DNA of 23,451 nt, filler included, from an uncultured virus (IMG/VR IMGVR_UViG_2049941000_000079) (taxonomy: Duplodnaviria > Heunggongvirae > Uroviricota > Caudoviricetes). It is 7 parts of one record of this genome, joined end to end, with 100 filler letters (N's around TTAATTAATTAA, not from the genome) between each part and the next. Parts side by side here need not be neighbours in the genome. Positions count along the whole stretch, not along the records: positions 5,978 to 13,729 come from IMGVR_UViG_2049941000_000079; positions 13,830 to 20,807 come from IMGVR_UViG_2049941000_000079; 5 more parts are not named here. One strand, written 5' to 3'. The position numbers and the translations under genes are program-made. Under the pieces are notes generated by a model, which was given only the letters and a program-made list of their open reading frames with translations, searched no databases and was not told the origin of the DNA. This document shows, in pieces, positions 7,554-16,362 of this stretch (its first letter is position 1; every line of letters begins with the position of its first letter).

Positions 7554-7696
7554 TAACTAGGCCGTAGGCCATAACAAGTGCTTGGTACTGTATCACAAAC
7601 AACCAAAAGCCGTACAACGCATAACAAATCTCGGCGGGTCGAAGGGCATCTTAAAAAAGGAAGTGGAAGATGTGAGATTTGTAGAAAGGGGGAGAA

Positions 7697-7736
7697 ATGG
7701 TAAAGGTAGGTGAAAAGTGCAAGGACTGCAAGTTTT
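7697..7736 (+). CDS. Start of a small Cys-rich protein (probably continues at 5455)
   Basis: RBS GAAAGGGGGAG; MVKVGEKCKDCKF; the segment from 5456 reads DYRLITGMSRT...FCDKYVKG. Confidence 0.5.
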
Positions 7737-7746
7737 NNNNNNNNNN

Positions 7747-7895
7747 TACATGAGTTTTCATACATGGGCGGCATTTCACGGCACGTTGGGTGTTCCTGCT
7801 TGTGAAGCAAAAGCAACAGCCGAACTTAACGGAGAATTTGAAGAAGATAAGACAAGTGATGCTTTTATTCTCGGTGGTTATGTAGATGCGGCACT
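7747..7895 (+). CDS. PD-(D/E)XK exonuclease, piece 2 of 4
   Basis: YMSFHTW...CEAKATAEL...AFILGGYVDAAL; in-frame joins to 6878 and 5115. Confidence 0.8.
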
Positions 7896-8883
7896 NNNNN
7901 NNNNNNNNNNNNNNNNNNNNNNNNNNNNNNNNNNNNNNNNNNNNNNNNNNNNNNNNNNNNNNNNNNNNNNNNNNNNNNNNNNNNNNNNNNNNNNNNNNNN
8001 NNNNNNNNNNNNNNNNNNNNNNNNNNNNNNNNNNNNNNNNNNNNNNNNNNNNNNNNNNNNNNNNNNNNNNNNNNNNNNNNNNNNNNNNNNNNNNNNNNNN
8101 NNNNNNNNNNNNNNNNNNNNNNNNNNNNNNNNNNNNNNNNNNNNNNNNNNNNNNNNNNNNNNNNNNNNNNNNNNNNNNNNNNNNNNNNNNNNNNNNNNNN
8201 NNNNNNNNNNNNNNNNNNNNNNNNNNNNNNNNNNNNNNNNNNNNNNNNNNNNNNNNNNNNNNNNNNNNNNNNNNNNNNNNNNNNNNNNNNNNNNNNNNNN
8301 NNNNNNNNNNNNNNNNNNNNNNNNNNNNNNNNNNNNNNNNNNNNNNNNNNNNNNNNNNNNNNNNNNNNNNNNNNNNNNNNNNNNNNNNNNNNNNNNNNNN
8401 NNNNNNNNNNNNNNNNNNNNNNNNNNNNNNNNNNNNNNNNNNNNNNNNNNNNNNNNNNNNNNNNNNNNNNNNNNNNNNNNNNNNNNNNNNNNNNNNNNNN
8501 NNNNNNNNNNNNNNNNNNNNNNNNNNNNNNNNNNNNNNNNNNNNNNNNNNNNNNNNNNNNNNNNNNNNNNNNNNNNNNNNNNNNNNNNNNNNNNNNNNNN
8601 NNNNNNNNNNNNNNNNNNNNNNNNNNNNNNNNNNNNNNNNNNNNNNNNNNNNNNNNNNNNNNNNNNNNNNNNNNNNNNNNNNNNNNNNNNNNNNNNNNNN
8701 NNNNNNNNNNNNNNNNNNNNNNNNNNNNNNNNNNNNNNNNNNNNNNNNNNNNNNNNNNNNNNNNNNNNNNNNNNNNNNNNNNNNNNNNNNNNNNNNNNNN
8801 NNNNNNNNNNNNNNNNNNNNNNNNNNNNNNNNNNAAAGATTCTGTGATTACCAGAACAAGAAGGTGTTAGAGAGGTTAAATAA

Positions 8884-9393
8884 ATGAAATTAGATGTAAT
8901 CAAACAAGGGAATAGCGTAGATGTCTTAAAAACCTTCCCTGATGAAAGTATAGATTGTTGTATAACTTCACCGCCGTACTACGGATTGCGTGATTATGGT
9001 ATGGAAGATCAGATCGGTCTTGAAGAAACACCCGAAGCATACATACAAAGACTTGTTGACGTATTCCATGAAGTCAAAAGAGTGCTAAAAAAAGACGGTA
9101 CTTTGTGGGTAAACATTGGAGATACTTACAACGGTTCAAAACAAGGTAACACGGAGATATATAAGCACAAGACGGTTGCTGAAAATAGCAATTGCAAAAA
9201 GGAAAAATGGAGCGGTGCAAAGACAAAAGACCTTATCGGTATTCCTTGGATGTTAGCATTTGCTTTAAGGTCAGACGGTTGGTACTTACGGCAAGACATT
9301 ATATGGCATAAGCCTAACCCGATGCCGGAGAGCGTTACCGATAGATGTACGAAGTCACATGAATATATTTTTCTGTTATCAACAAATCTCGGC
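8884..9393 (+). CDS. N4-C/N6-A DNA methyltransferase (beta class), N-terminal part
   Basis: CITSPPYYGLRDY motif IV; LRQDIIWHKPNPMPESVTDRCTKSHEYIFLLS. Confidence 0.92.
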
Positions 9394-9403
9394 NNNNNNN
9401 NNN

Positions 9404-9544
9404 CGCGTTGCCGGAACAATGTATCTTCCCAGAAGGATATGTGATCTCGAAGAAAGAGGTTACAAGTTTGAAAGACGGTGGGTTAAAGTTCCGAACGCAG
9501 ACGGTAAGAAGATTAAGGTTATTCAGTATAGGTTGGTTAAGTAA
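9404..9544 (+). CDS. Winged HTH (HTH_39-like) protein, C-terminal part
   Basis: LPRRICDLEERGYKFERRWVKVPNADGKKIKVIQYRL; TAATG coupling to the initiator gene. Confidence 0.65.
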   Translation, partial: RVAGTMYLPRRICDLEERGYKFERRWVKVPNADGKKIKVIQYRLVK

Positions 9545-10413
9545 TGGCAGAACGCAGGATGTTTGCAAAGTCAATAGTGTTAAGTGATGTATTTCTTGAT
9601 ATGCCAATGTCGGCAAGGTGTCTGTACTTCACATTAGGGATGTTGGCTGATGATGACGGTTTTGTAGGCAATCCGAAATCAATCATGCGTCAATGTGGAG
9701 CAAGTCAGGATGATATGTTAATCCTTCTCCAAAAACGTTACATACTCGGTTTTGAATCCGGGGTTATCGTTATCAAACATTGGCGCATGAATAACTACTT
9801 ACGGAACGATAGACATCAAGAAACAACTTACCTTGAAGAAAAGGAACTTCTAACCATTGACAATAAAGGTGCATACACCGAAAAGGACGGAAATAAGGCA
9901 CTTATAGAAATTGGTATACCAAGTGGCAACCAAGTGGCAACCGAGTATGGGTATACCGAGGATAGGTTAGGTAAGGATAGTATAGGTAATAAAGATATAT
10001 TGTCGGGAAATCCCGACAGCGAATCTGTAAAAGAGATCATTGACTATCTAAATTCTGCCATAGGAACAAGATACACAACACGGAGTAAGTCTACAAACGC
10101 AAAGATAAAGGCAAGGATAAAAGAAGGACATACCATTGATGATTTTAAGACTGTGATTGATAACAAATCCGCTCAATGGAAAGACAATGCAAAAATGAGA
10201 ACTTATCTTCGACCTGAAACTCTTTTTGCCGCCGAACACTTTGAAAGTTATTTGAACGAAGGAAACATAAATGGATCAGGAAATAAAGTCATTAGTCGAA
10301 CAGATGAAGAACAGCGTAACGCAGAAATCGACAGATACCTTGAATCAGACGAATACCGAAACGGAGAAGACGATATGCCCTTTGTGCCGGGGTACGGGGT
10401 GGGTGTTCACTGA
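9544..10413 (+). CDS. Phage replication initiator (replisome-organiser N-terminus plus conserved phage C-terminal domain)
   Basis: MAERRMFAKSIVLSDVFLDMPMSARCLYFTLGMLADDDGFV; YLRPETLF...FESYLN. Confidence 0.9.
   Translation: MAERRMFAKSIVLSDVFLDMPMSARCLYFTLGMLADDDGFVGNPKSIMRQCGASQDDMLILLQKRYILGFESGVIVIKHWRMNNYLRNDRHQETTYLEEKELLTIDNKGAYTEKDGNKALIEIGIPSGNQVATEYGYTEDRLGKDSIGNKDILSGNPDSESVKEIIDYLNSAIGTRYTTRSKSTNAKIKARIKEGHTIDDFKTVIDNKSAQWKDNAKMRTYLRPETLFAAEHFESYLNEGNINGSGNKVISRTDEEQRNAEIDRYLESDEYRNGEDDMPFVPGYGVGVH
9913..9957 (+). repeat. Iteron cluster, probable replication origin within the initiator gene
   Basis: ACCAAGTGGCA twice (9918-9939) plus degenerate ACCGAGTATGG, bracketed by GGTATACC palindromes at 9913-9920 and 9950-9957. 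Confidence 0.7.
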
Positions 10414-11092
10414 CTATAACACAGTAAAAGAGTGCGAGTGCGGAATCCGTCAACGTGAGATACAAGAGAGCCGATTGAGGTTTGCGAGTATTCCTGAAAC
10501 ATACAAGGATGTCACGCTGAAAGATATAAAGACAAAGTTCTACACGAAGCAGGAAAGCAAGGATTTGATTAAGGCGGCCGGAGAGTTCATAAGTTGGTAC
10601 TTGGAAAACCTTGATAAGAAGATCGAAGAAGGGAAAGGCATTTACCTTTGGAGTGAGGTTAAAGGATCAGGCAAGACGATGTTGGCGGCGGCACTTGCGA
10701 ACGAACTGATAAACAAGCATAAGCGATTTGTGAAGTTCGCAACCTCTTTAGACATTCTCGATGAGATAAGGGCAACATATGACCCGCACAATGAGGAAAC
10801 CGAAAGCAAACTACTTGATGATTTGGCAAGAGCAGACTTTTTGATTATTGACGATTTCGGAACAGAGCGCGTCACCGATTGGGTGGGTGAGAAGTTTTAT
10901 CAAATCATCAACGGCAGATATATAAACAAAAAGGTCACGTTCTTTACAAGCAACTATGACTTAAAGACGTTGAAGTACGATGATCGGATCACGAATCGGA
11001 TGAGAGAGCGGTCATACATAATTCACTTCCCGGAAGAGAGTGTAAGGGAGTTTAAGGCAAGAGTTGAGAACAACCCCACAGAATTAACGTAG
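10271..11092 (+). CDS. DnaC/IstB-like AAA+ helicase loader
   Basis: CPLCRGTGW...ECEC Zn motif, Walker A GSGKT, Walker B LIIDDFG, FFTSN, DRITNRM. Confidence 0.92.
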   Translation: MDQEIKSLVEQMKNSVTQKSTDTLNQTNTETEKTICPLCRGTGWVFTDYNTVKECECGIRQREIQESRLRFASIPETYKDVTLKDIKTKFYTKQESKDLIKAAGEFISWYLENLDKKIEEGKGIYLWSEVKGSGKTMLAAALANELINKHKRFVKFATSLDILDEIRATYDPHNEETESKLLDDLARADFLIIDDFGTERVTDWVGEKFYQIINGRYINKKVTFFTSNYDLKTLKYDDRITNRMRERSYIIHFPEESVREFKARVENNPTELT

Positions 11093-11171
11093 ACCTATCA
11101 AAATTCAAGTTTTAGGGTGTTAGGCATACAACGTATAGGGTAAGACAAAAAAACGTCTATATGGAGCAAAT

Positions 11172-11531
11172 ATGAGAGCAGAGAAGAACATCGAGATTAG
11201 GAACGGCAAATACGTTTTGTATATGTTTGACAGATATAAGGGAACGTACAACACGCTTGAAGAAGCAAGGAAACAGCGTGAAAGCATAAGAAGTACACAT
11301 AAAAAGATAAATAAACGGAGAGTAGCAAGCCTTGAAGGGTTTACGGAGCGGTTAAATCAGGCAATATGGGATAGCAATAAAGACATATCGCTGATATGCA
11401 AGCAAAGTCAGATATCCCGGACAAACCTATATGACTATCGCAATGGGATTCTGCCAAAGATAGATAACTTGGCGAGATTAGCTTTAACCCTGAATGTAAG
11501 TGCTGATTGGCTACTAGGAATCAAAAAATGA
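11172..11531 (+). CDS. AP2-like plus XRE-family HTH DNA-binding protein
   Basis: N-terminal YKGTYNTLEEARKQRE; C-terminal ISRTNLYDYRNGILPKIDNLARLALTLNVSADWLLG. Confidence 0.8.
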   Translation: MRAEKNIEIRNGKYVLYMFDRYKGTYNTLEEARKQRESIRSTHKKINKRRVASLEGFTERLNQAIWDSNKDISLICKQSQISRTNLYDYRNGILPKIDNLARLALTLNVSADWLLGIKK

Positions 11532-11764
11532 CAGAGCAGGAAAGAGCGGCGATAGAAAATTCCATACCGAGAAAACCTATCGTTCATGAATTAGGTGGTG
11601 GATACTACTACACTTGTCCGTGGATGTCCTGCGGAAACACAGTTCATAAGTGGGATCGGTATTGCAGTAAATGTGGTCAGCGTCTTTTGTTTGAGAAAGA
11701 TGATGAGCAACGGGATGTATATATCGTCAAGGACGGAGAAGCGAGGAAGTTTATCTATGGATGA
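11528..11764 (+). CDS. Zinc-ribbon hypothetical protein
   Basis: ATGA coupled; IPRKP...CPWMSC...YCSKCGQRL. Confidence 0.75.
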   Translation: MTEQERAAIENSIPRKPIVHELGGGYYYTCPWMSCGNTVHKWDRYCSKCGQRLLFEKDDEQRDVYIVKDGEARKFIYG

Positions 11765-11915
11765 AGAAGAAAAGGTGTGCGGAACGTGTAAGTGGAATCA
11801 GTTTGATCGGATGTGCAACGAGTTTGTATGTGACAACCCGGATAGTGAAGGTTACGGATGCCAGACGATGTATAGCGATTGTTGTGAGGAAGGATGGGAA
11901 AGTAAGAATGAGTGA
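11757..11915 (+). CDS. Small Cys-rich hypothetical protein
   Basis: MDEEEKVCGTCKW...VCDNPDSEGYG...SDCCEEGW; RBS GAGG. Confidence 0.7.
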   Translation: MDEEEKVCGTCKWNQFDRMCNEFVCDNPDSEGYGCQTMYSDCCEEGWESKNE

Positions 11916-12099
11916 AGAACTGATTGAAGCAAAGATAAACACAAGCGAAGCAAGGATAGGCAGGATCAAGGCAATTATATCCGTTGCTGATGATACCGTG
12001 GAACGTGCGAAAACACACGGAGATAAGTTAAGCGTGGATATGGCAAAAAGCGTGGCATACGATCACATTAAGCGGATCATGGAAGAGGTAGAAGAATGA
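11908..12099 (+). CDS. Hypothetical protein
   Basis: MSEELIEAKINTSEAR...; overlaps both neighbours. Confidence 0.7.
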   Translation: MSEELIEAKINTSEARIGRIKAIISVADDTVERAKTHGDKLSVDMAKSVAYDHIKRIMEEVEE

Positions 12100-12290
12100 G
12101 AGTAAACGGACTTATAGCAGAAGTAAATAATATGCCACATCCGATTATGCAACCGGGGTTCTTGGTGGTAAGACGTGACGATCACAATGCTTCACTTTGG
12201 TATTACGGATTCTACAACAAGATTGAACAGGCATACGAAGCGGCAATGGAGATTGGTAACGGAATAGTGTTAGAGGTAAGCGAGGAATGA
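12096..12290 (+). CDS. Hypothetical protein
   Basis: ATGA coupled; LWYYGFY motif; RBS GAGGT. Confidence 0.75.
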   Translation: MRVNGLIAEVNNMPHPIMQPGFLVVRRDDHNASLWYYGFYNKIEQAYEAAMEIGNGIVLEVSEE

Positions 12291-12631
12291 GCAGTTTTCT
12301 TGACAAATATAAAAAAGGTAATCCCGTATTCCTGATTTACTACTACAAGGGAGAAATTAAGGTAAAAGAAGGGTATGTAAAAACTTTAGATGATCTTCCG
12401 TTTCCGGCAAGAAGCTTTTACCCGAAGGACGAAAACAAATGGCATACGGGTGTTCCTGATGGGTTTGGATTTGTCAACAGCAAAGGCAAGATACTTGTTA
12501 AGCATAAAGAGGATATACCAAAGGCAAAGCAGATGATCCGAGATTACTATACAGCAAAGATTGACGAAGTTAAGGATAAAGCCGTTGCGTCCTTAATGAA
12601 CATCCAGAAGATGATTAAAAGTGAGGTATAG
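12287..12631 (+). CDS. Hypothetical protein
   Basis: 114 aa; ATGA coupled. Confidence 0.75.
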   Translation: MSSFLDKYKKGNPVFLIYYYKGEIKVKEGYVKTLDDLPFPARSFYPKDENKWHTGVPDGFGFVNSKGKILVKHKEDIPKAKQMIRDYYTAKIDEVKDKAVASLMNIQKMIKSEV

Positions 12632-12632
12632 C

Positions 12633-12782
12633 ATGAGTTACATAAGTGATTGGTTACACAGTGATCAGAAAGAAGAAGATTATAGAGATTATTGCAATGC
12701 GGCGGCAAGGGAGAACGCCAGAGATCGGTGGGAACGTGAACATGAATTTGACGATTACGAGGATTACGAGGACGAAGAATGA
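12633..12782 (+). CDS. Small acidic protein (49 aa)
   Basis: RBS GAGGT; MSYISDWLHSDQKEEDYRDYCNAAARENARDRWEREHEFDDYEDYEDEE*. Confidence 0.7.
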   Translation: MSYISDWLHSDQKEEDYRDYCNAAARENARDRWEREHEFDDYEDYEDEE

Positions 12783-12997
12783 ACGGACAGTTAAGCCTAT
12801 TTGACTACGCAGATGATGTGCAAGGATATCACTATTGCTGTCAGTGCGAGAAAGCAAAATACAAGGAACGTACCCGGAGTGGTATTGATGTTTGGTTTTG
12901 CGGAGAAATGAGAGCTTTTATCAACGTACACACTACGGATTGGATATGCAAACAAGGAAGGGGCAGAAGTCTTTTTGAAAGGAATACAAGCAAATGA
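12779..12997 (+). CDS. Cys-rich hypothetical protein
   Basis: MNGQLSLFD...YCCQCEK; ATGA coupled. Confidence 0.75.
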   Translation: MNGQLSLFDYADDVQGYHYCCQCEKAKYKERTRSGIDVWFCGEMRAFINVHTTDWICKQGRGRSLFERNTSK

Positions 12998-13158
12998 ACT
13001 CTGATGTTGAGAAAATCAAAGAAGAAATGTGCGATCACTACTGCGCTATGCCTGAATGTTACTTGCAGAAGTACAAAGACCCAGACGAAGCACATGAGGT
13101 TATGGTTAACGAGTGTTGCGCGAAATGTCCGTTAGAGAGGTTGAAAGGGGATAACTGA
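12994..13158 (+). CDS. Small Cys-rich hypothetical protein (54 aa)
   Basis: MNSDVEKIKEEMCDHYCAMP...ECCAKCPLERL; RBS GAAAGG. Confidence 0.7.
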   Translation: MNSDVEKIKEEMCDHYCAMPECYLQKYKDPDEAHEVMVNECCAKCPLERLKGDN

Positions 13159-13159
13159 T

Positions 13160-13729
13160 ATGTACGATGATTTTTACGATGATTCTTTTGAATTTGAACA
13201 GCAGATTGCCGAGTGGAAAGACACTCTAAAGAAAGCGGTAAGANNNNNNNNNNGTTGCGTGATATTAAAGAGAATTGGGATCAAAAGGTTGCTGAATTAA
13301 AAGAAGAAAAATATAAACTTTTGATGGCAACCCGTGAAGCCGAGATTAAAGCAAAAAAAGAGCGATTAAGAGGATTGCTTGAATCCTTCACCAAAATAGC
13401 ATGGGGTTACAAGATCAATTATGAGTACATACATGAAAAATGCGATAAGTGTGATGCTAAAGGCTATATACACTACAAAAGTCCACAAGGACACGATGTA
13501 AAAGAAGAATGTGATTGCAGAAAACGTGTAGCTATTTATAGTCCGCAGGAAGCTGAAATTGTCGAGTTTGATGATTATAGAGGAAAGATAAAACCGACAT
13601 TTGAATATGCGCGTAGCAATAATCTCGACGATTATGACAGCTATAAGAAAACAACAAGGGTATATAACGGAGAAGACTTTGATGAAATAGATAACTATTA
13701 CGGAATGGTTTTCTTTGATAAGGATGATT
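13160..13729 (+). CDS. Hypothetical coiled-coil/Zn protein (gap at 13244-13253, 3' truncated)
   Basis: MYDDFYDDSFEFEQQIAEWKDTLK then LRDIKENW...KCDKCD...EECDC. Confidence 0.7.
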
Positions 13730-13829
13730 NNNNNNNNNNNNNNNNNNNNNNNNNNNNNNNNNNNNNNNNNNNNTTAATTAATTAANNNNNNNNNNNNNNN
13801 NNNNNNNNNNNNNNNNNNNNNNNNNNNNN

Positions 13830-14003
13830 ATTGATCCGTGTTGTGGGTCAGGAGCGACACTTCGAGCAGCAAGGGAATTGAATAGATCAGCTTTCGGATT
13901 TGAGATCGACAGAAATTTTTATGAACGGGCAAAGAATGAAATGTTGGTATTTCCGAAAGAAAACCAAATGGACATATTTGATTTTATAGAGAGGACAACA
14001 TGA
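13830..14003 (+). CDS. Second N4/N6 DNA methyltransferase, C-terminal fragment
   Basis: IDPCCGSGATLRAARELNRSAFGFEIDRNFYERAK (SAM-binding motifs I-II); not in the ORF track. Confidence 0.85.
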   Translation: MDPCCGSGATLRAARELNRSAFGFEIDRNFYERAKNEMLVFPKENQMDIFDFIERTT

Positions 14004-14148
14004 CAGACGGAGAGATATTAGAAACATTCAGAGAAAAATACCCAAAGTTAAGGGTGAAAGATTACAGACCGCTTGCACCTGAATTATTCACACATGATTT
14101 GGTAGGTATAACGATATGGTTGGAAAACGGGGATGTAATACAGTATTA
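14000..14148 (+). CDS. Hypothetical protein (allele of 22271..22450; truncated)
   Basis: MTDGEILETFREKYPKLRVKDYRP...ITIWLENGDVIQY. Confidence 0.75.
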
Positions 14149-14253
14149 NNNNNNNNNNGCGTTGTTATTACTGCGGAATTAAGAAGTATGATGATGCAAT
14201 CCTTTGCGAGAAGTGTGCGAAAGAGTTAGAGGAGAGGTTAAAGGAGAAGAAGA

Positions 14254-14817
14254 ATGACAAGAGAAGAAGCAAAAAGGCGAATTGAGATATGCCGAGATTT
14301 TTTAGCAAACAATTATTCCGATATGGGAGAACCGAACTTCACGGCATTTAATATGGCAATCAAGGCACTATCACAAGAGCCGTGTGATAATGCTATCAGC
14401 CGTTCAGATATGCTTGACGCTATCGGTCATGGTACAACATACACAAGTGAGGAATTGCAGAGGGTTATACAGAATTTACCGCCCGTTAATCCGCAACCAT
14501 TAGAGGGTTTTATAGACGGCATACACGCTATGGGTTATCGAGAAGGCTATAAGGACGCACAAAAGCAGAAGTCGGGGGAGTGGTTTATAGATGAGCGTCC
14601 CGAAAGCGATAGGGAAGTAATTTGCTCAAATTGTGACCAACCTATTTTCAAATATCATAAATTGGATTTTGATTATAGACCGAAGTATTGCCCTAATTGC
14701 GGTGCGAAGATGGAAAGTGAAACCGAAACATGGGATGGCTATCATGGACAGATAACCGCACCAAAGGGAACATTTAAGAAGATATATGAAGATGCAGAAA
14801 GTGAGGATAAGGAATGA
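14254..14817 (+). CDS. Mosaic hypothetical protein with zinc ribbon
   Basis: MTREEA...AIKALSQEPC...ICSNC...YCPNCGAKM...AESEDKE. Confidence 0.8.
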   Translation: MTREEAKRRIEICRDFLANNYSDMGEPNFTAFNMAIKALSQEPCDNAISRSDMLDAIGHGTTYTSEELQRVIQNLPPVNPQPLEGFIDGIHAMGYREGYKDAQKQKSGEWFIDERPESDREVICSNCDQPIFKYHKLDFDYRPKYCPNCGAKMESETETWDGYHGQITAPKGTFKKIYEDAESEDKE

Positions 14818-14883
14818 CAAACGAATACTATATGACAATGACAGTAGCAGACCTTAAAAAAGAGTTAGAGTGTNNNNNNNNNN

Positions 14884-15166
14884 TATCAACGGCAGATATA
14901 TAAACAAAAAGGTCACGTTCTTTACAAGCAATTATGACTTAAAGACGTTGAAGTACGATGATCGAATCACGAATCGGATGAGAGAGCGGNNNNNNNNNNT
15001 AGCCGAACTTAACGGAGAATTTGAAGAGGATAAGACAAGTGATGCTTTTATTCTCGGTGGTTATGTAGATGCGGCACTNNNNNNNNNNCCTTAAAACCAC
15101 AAGGGAAATGCACAAGCAATTCTATATTCAGGACTTCGGACACGTTGACTTCATAAGTTACTACGG
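14884..15166 (+). repeat. Three allelic duplicate fragments (DnaC-like ~10906-11011; exonuclease ~7817-7895 and ~5367-5444)
   Basis: Near-identical copies separated by 10-N spacers; internal differences are synonymous (AAC/AAT, CGG/CGA, GAA/GAG, AAA/AAG). Confidence 0.92.
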
Positions 15167-15177
15167 NNNNNNNNNNA

Positions 15178-15564
15178 TATTACTTTGATTATGAATCAAT
15201 AGAAGAAGCGGCCAATATTCAAAATGTATCAGATCATATTAAGTTTGGCGGGAATAAATACGGAGATAATGATTCTGAAAAATACGCTATATATAGCGGA
15301 AACGAATATAAACCGAAAACTAAAAATTGTAAATATGATGGTCAGCGTCCGAACACAATGCACTTAAATAGAGAAAAAGGACAACAAGATAAAGAATATC
15401 TTGTAAGAAGAAAACGTGATGTATGGAGCGTAAATGTTCAACCTACAAAAGAAGCACATTTTGCTACATTTCCTGAAAACCTTATTAAACCGTGTGTTTT
15501 AGCCGGATGTAGGCGGGGGGGGGTAATACTTGATCCCTTCTTTGGAAGTGGCACAACGGGGCGC
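15178..15564 (+). CDS. N4/N6 DNA methyltransferase, C-terminal part (probable continuation of 8884..9393)
   Basis: YYFDYESIEE...KRDVWSVN...AHFATFPENLIKPCVLAG...ILDPFFGSGTTG. Confidence 0.88.
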
Positions 15565-15574
15565 NNNNNNNNNN

Positions 15575-15790
15575 ACACAGTATTGGTTTGTGAATTGTGA
15601 GCCGAAAAACAACTTTCTCATGGAAGCATACACATACAATCACTTGGGAGAACATGACGCGATAAGGCGATTAAACAGCGATATGTACCCAAAGGAATGG
15701 GGCAACGTAAGTCAGAAGGTAGCACGGTCAATGATCCACCCGGACTACGCAAACAGATTTATAAGGCAGTATTTGATAGACACGAACTAA
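15575..15790 (+). CDS. C-terminal fragment of a phage protein, possibly cytosine-methyltransferase-like
   Basis: TQYWFVNCEPKNN...RSMIHPDYANRFIRQYL; family assignment from recall only. Confidence 0.5.
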   Translation, partial: TQYWFVNCEPKNNFLMEAYTYNHLGEHDAIRRLNSDMYPKEWGNVSQKVARSMIHPDYANRFIRQYLIDTN

Positions 15791-15808
15791 ATCAGACNNN
15801 NNNNNNNT

Positions 15809-16207
15809 ATGGCAAAGAAGACAGAAAATGAATTCGAATTGAAACAGGTTCAGGGGGTATGCAGATTCTGCGGTCAGTTTGTAGCACTTGAAGTCCCGCA
15901 GTCGTTCACCCAGGAAGACATCGATGAGGAAGCGATCAAGAAATGCAAGTGTCCAGAAGCGGAGAAGTACACAAGAACTCAGGAGAACATCGCAAACACG
16001 GAAGGAATGATCAAGAACTTCTTTGAGCACAGAACAGGCCTTGAGGTATTAAAAGATATGCTGCTCGGAGCGGTCAAGCCGCTCGCGGAAGGACAGATCA
16101 CGAAGATCACGATCGGACGCGGAGAATATACCGGAACAATGAAGCCGTCAAAGGAAGGAATCAAGCTCTCGCTGAAATACAGCACAGAAGACAGCGTGGA
16201 AAGCTGA
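15809..16207 (+). CDS. Hypothetical Zn-binding phage protein
   Basis: GVCRFCGQ...KCKCPEA; 132 aa. Confidence 0.8.
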   Translation: MAKKTENEFELKQVQGVCRFCGQFVALEVPQSFTQEDIDEEAIKKCKCPEAEKYTRTQENIANTEGMIKNFFEHRTGLEVLKDMLLGAVKPLAEGQITKITIGRGEYTGTMKPSKEGIKLSLKYSTEDSVES

Positions 16208-16221
16208 AAGGAGCGGGGAGC

Positions 16222-16362
16222 ATGAAAGCAAGCGAGTTATCAGATGAAGGGTTAGCGGCTGTTTTAAGGGCGATTGCGTTTACATCGAACTTGTTATCTG
16301 ATGAAAAGGAGTATGTCAACGAAGCAGCTGACAGACTTGAAGAAAGGGAAACGGAAGAATGA
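16222..16362 (+). CDS. Hypothetical 46-aa protein (allele at 20698..20807)
   Basis: MKASELSDEGLAAVLRAIAFTSNLLSDEKEYVNEAADRLE; the second copy differs mostly at synonymous sites. Confidence 0.8.
   Translation: MKASELSDEGLAAVLRAIAFTSNLLSDEKEYVNEAADRLEERETEE

Noticed and set aside
7717..8903. Long ORFs of 333-376 aa
   Set aside because: Consist almost entirely of a ~940-nt N gap.
9381..9393. 13-mer AACAAATCTCGGC shared with 7623-7635
   Set aside because: Lies at a fragment edge where MTase similarity breaks; most likely a misjoin or chance match rather than a functional repeat.
14884..15166. Short near-identical duplicates as DGR template repeats or CRISPR spacers
   Set aside because: Differences are few, synonymous and not adenine-specific; no reverse transcriptase or direct repeats; bounded by N spacers, so strain alleles.
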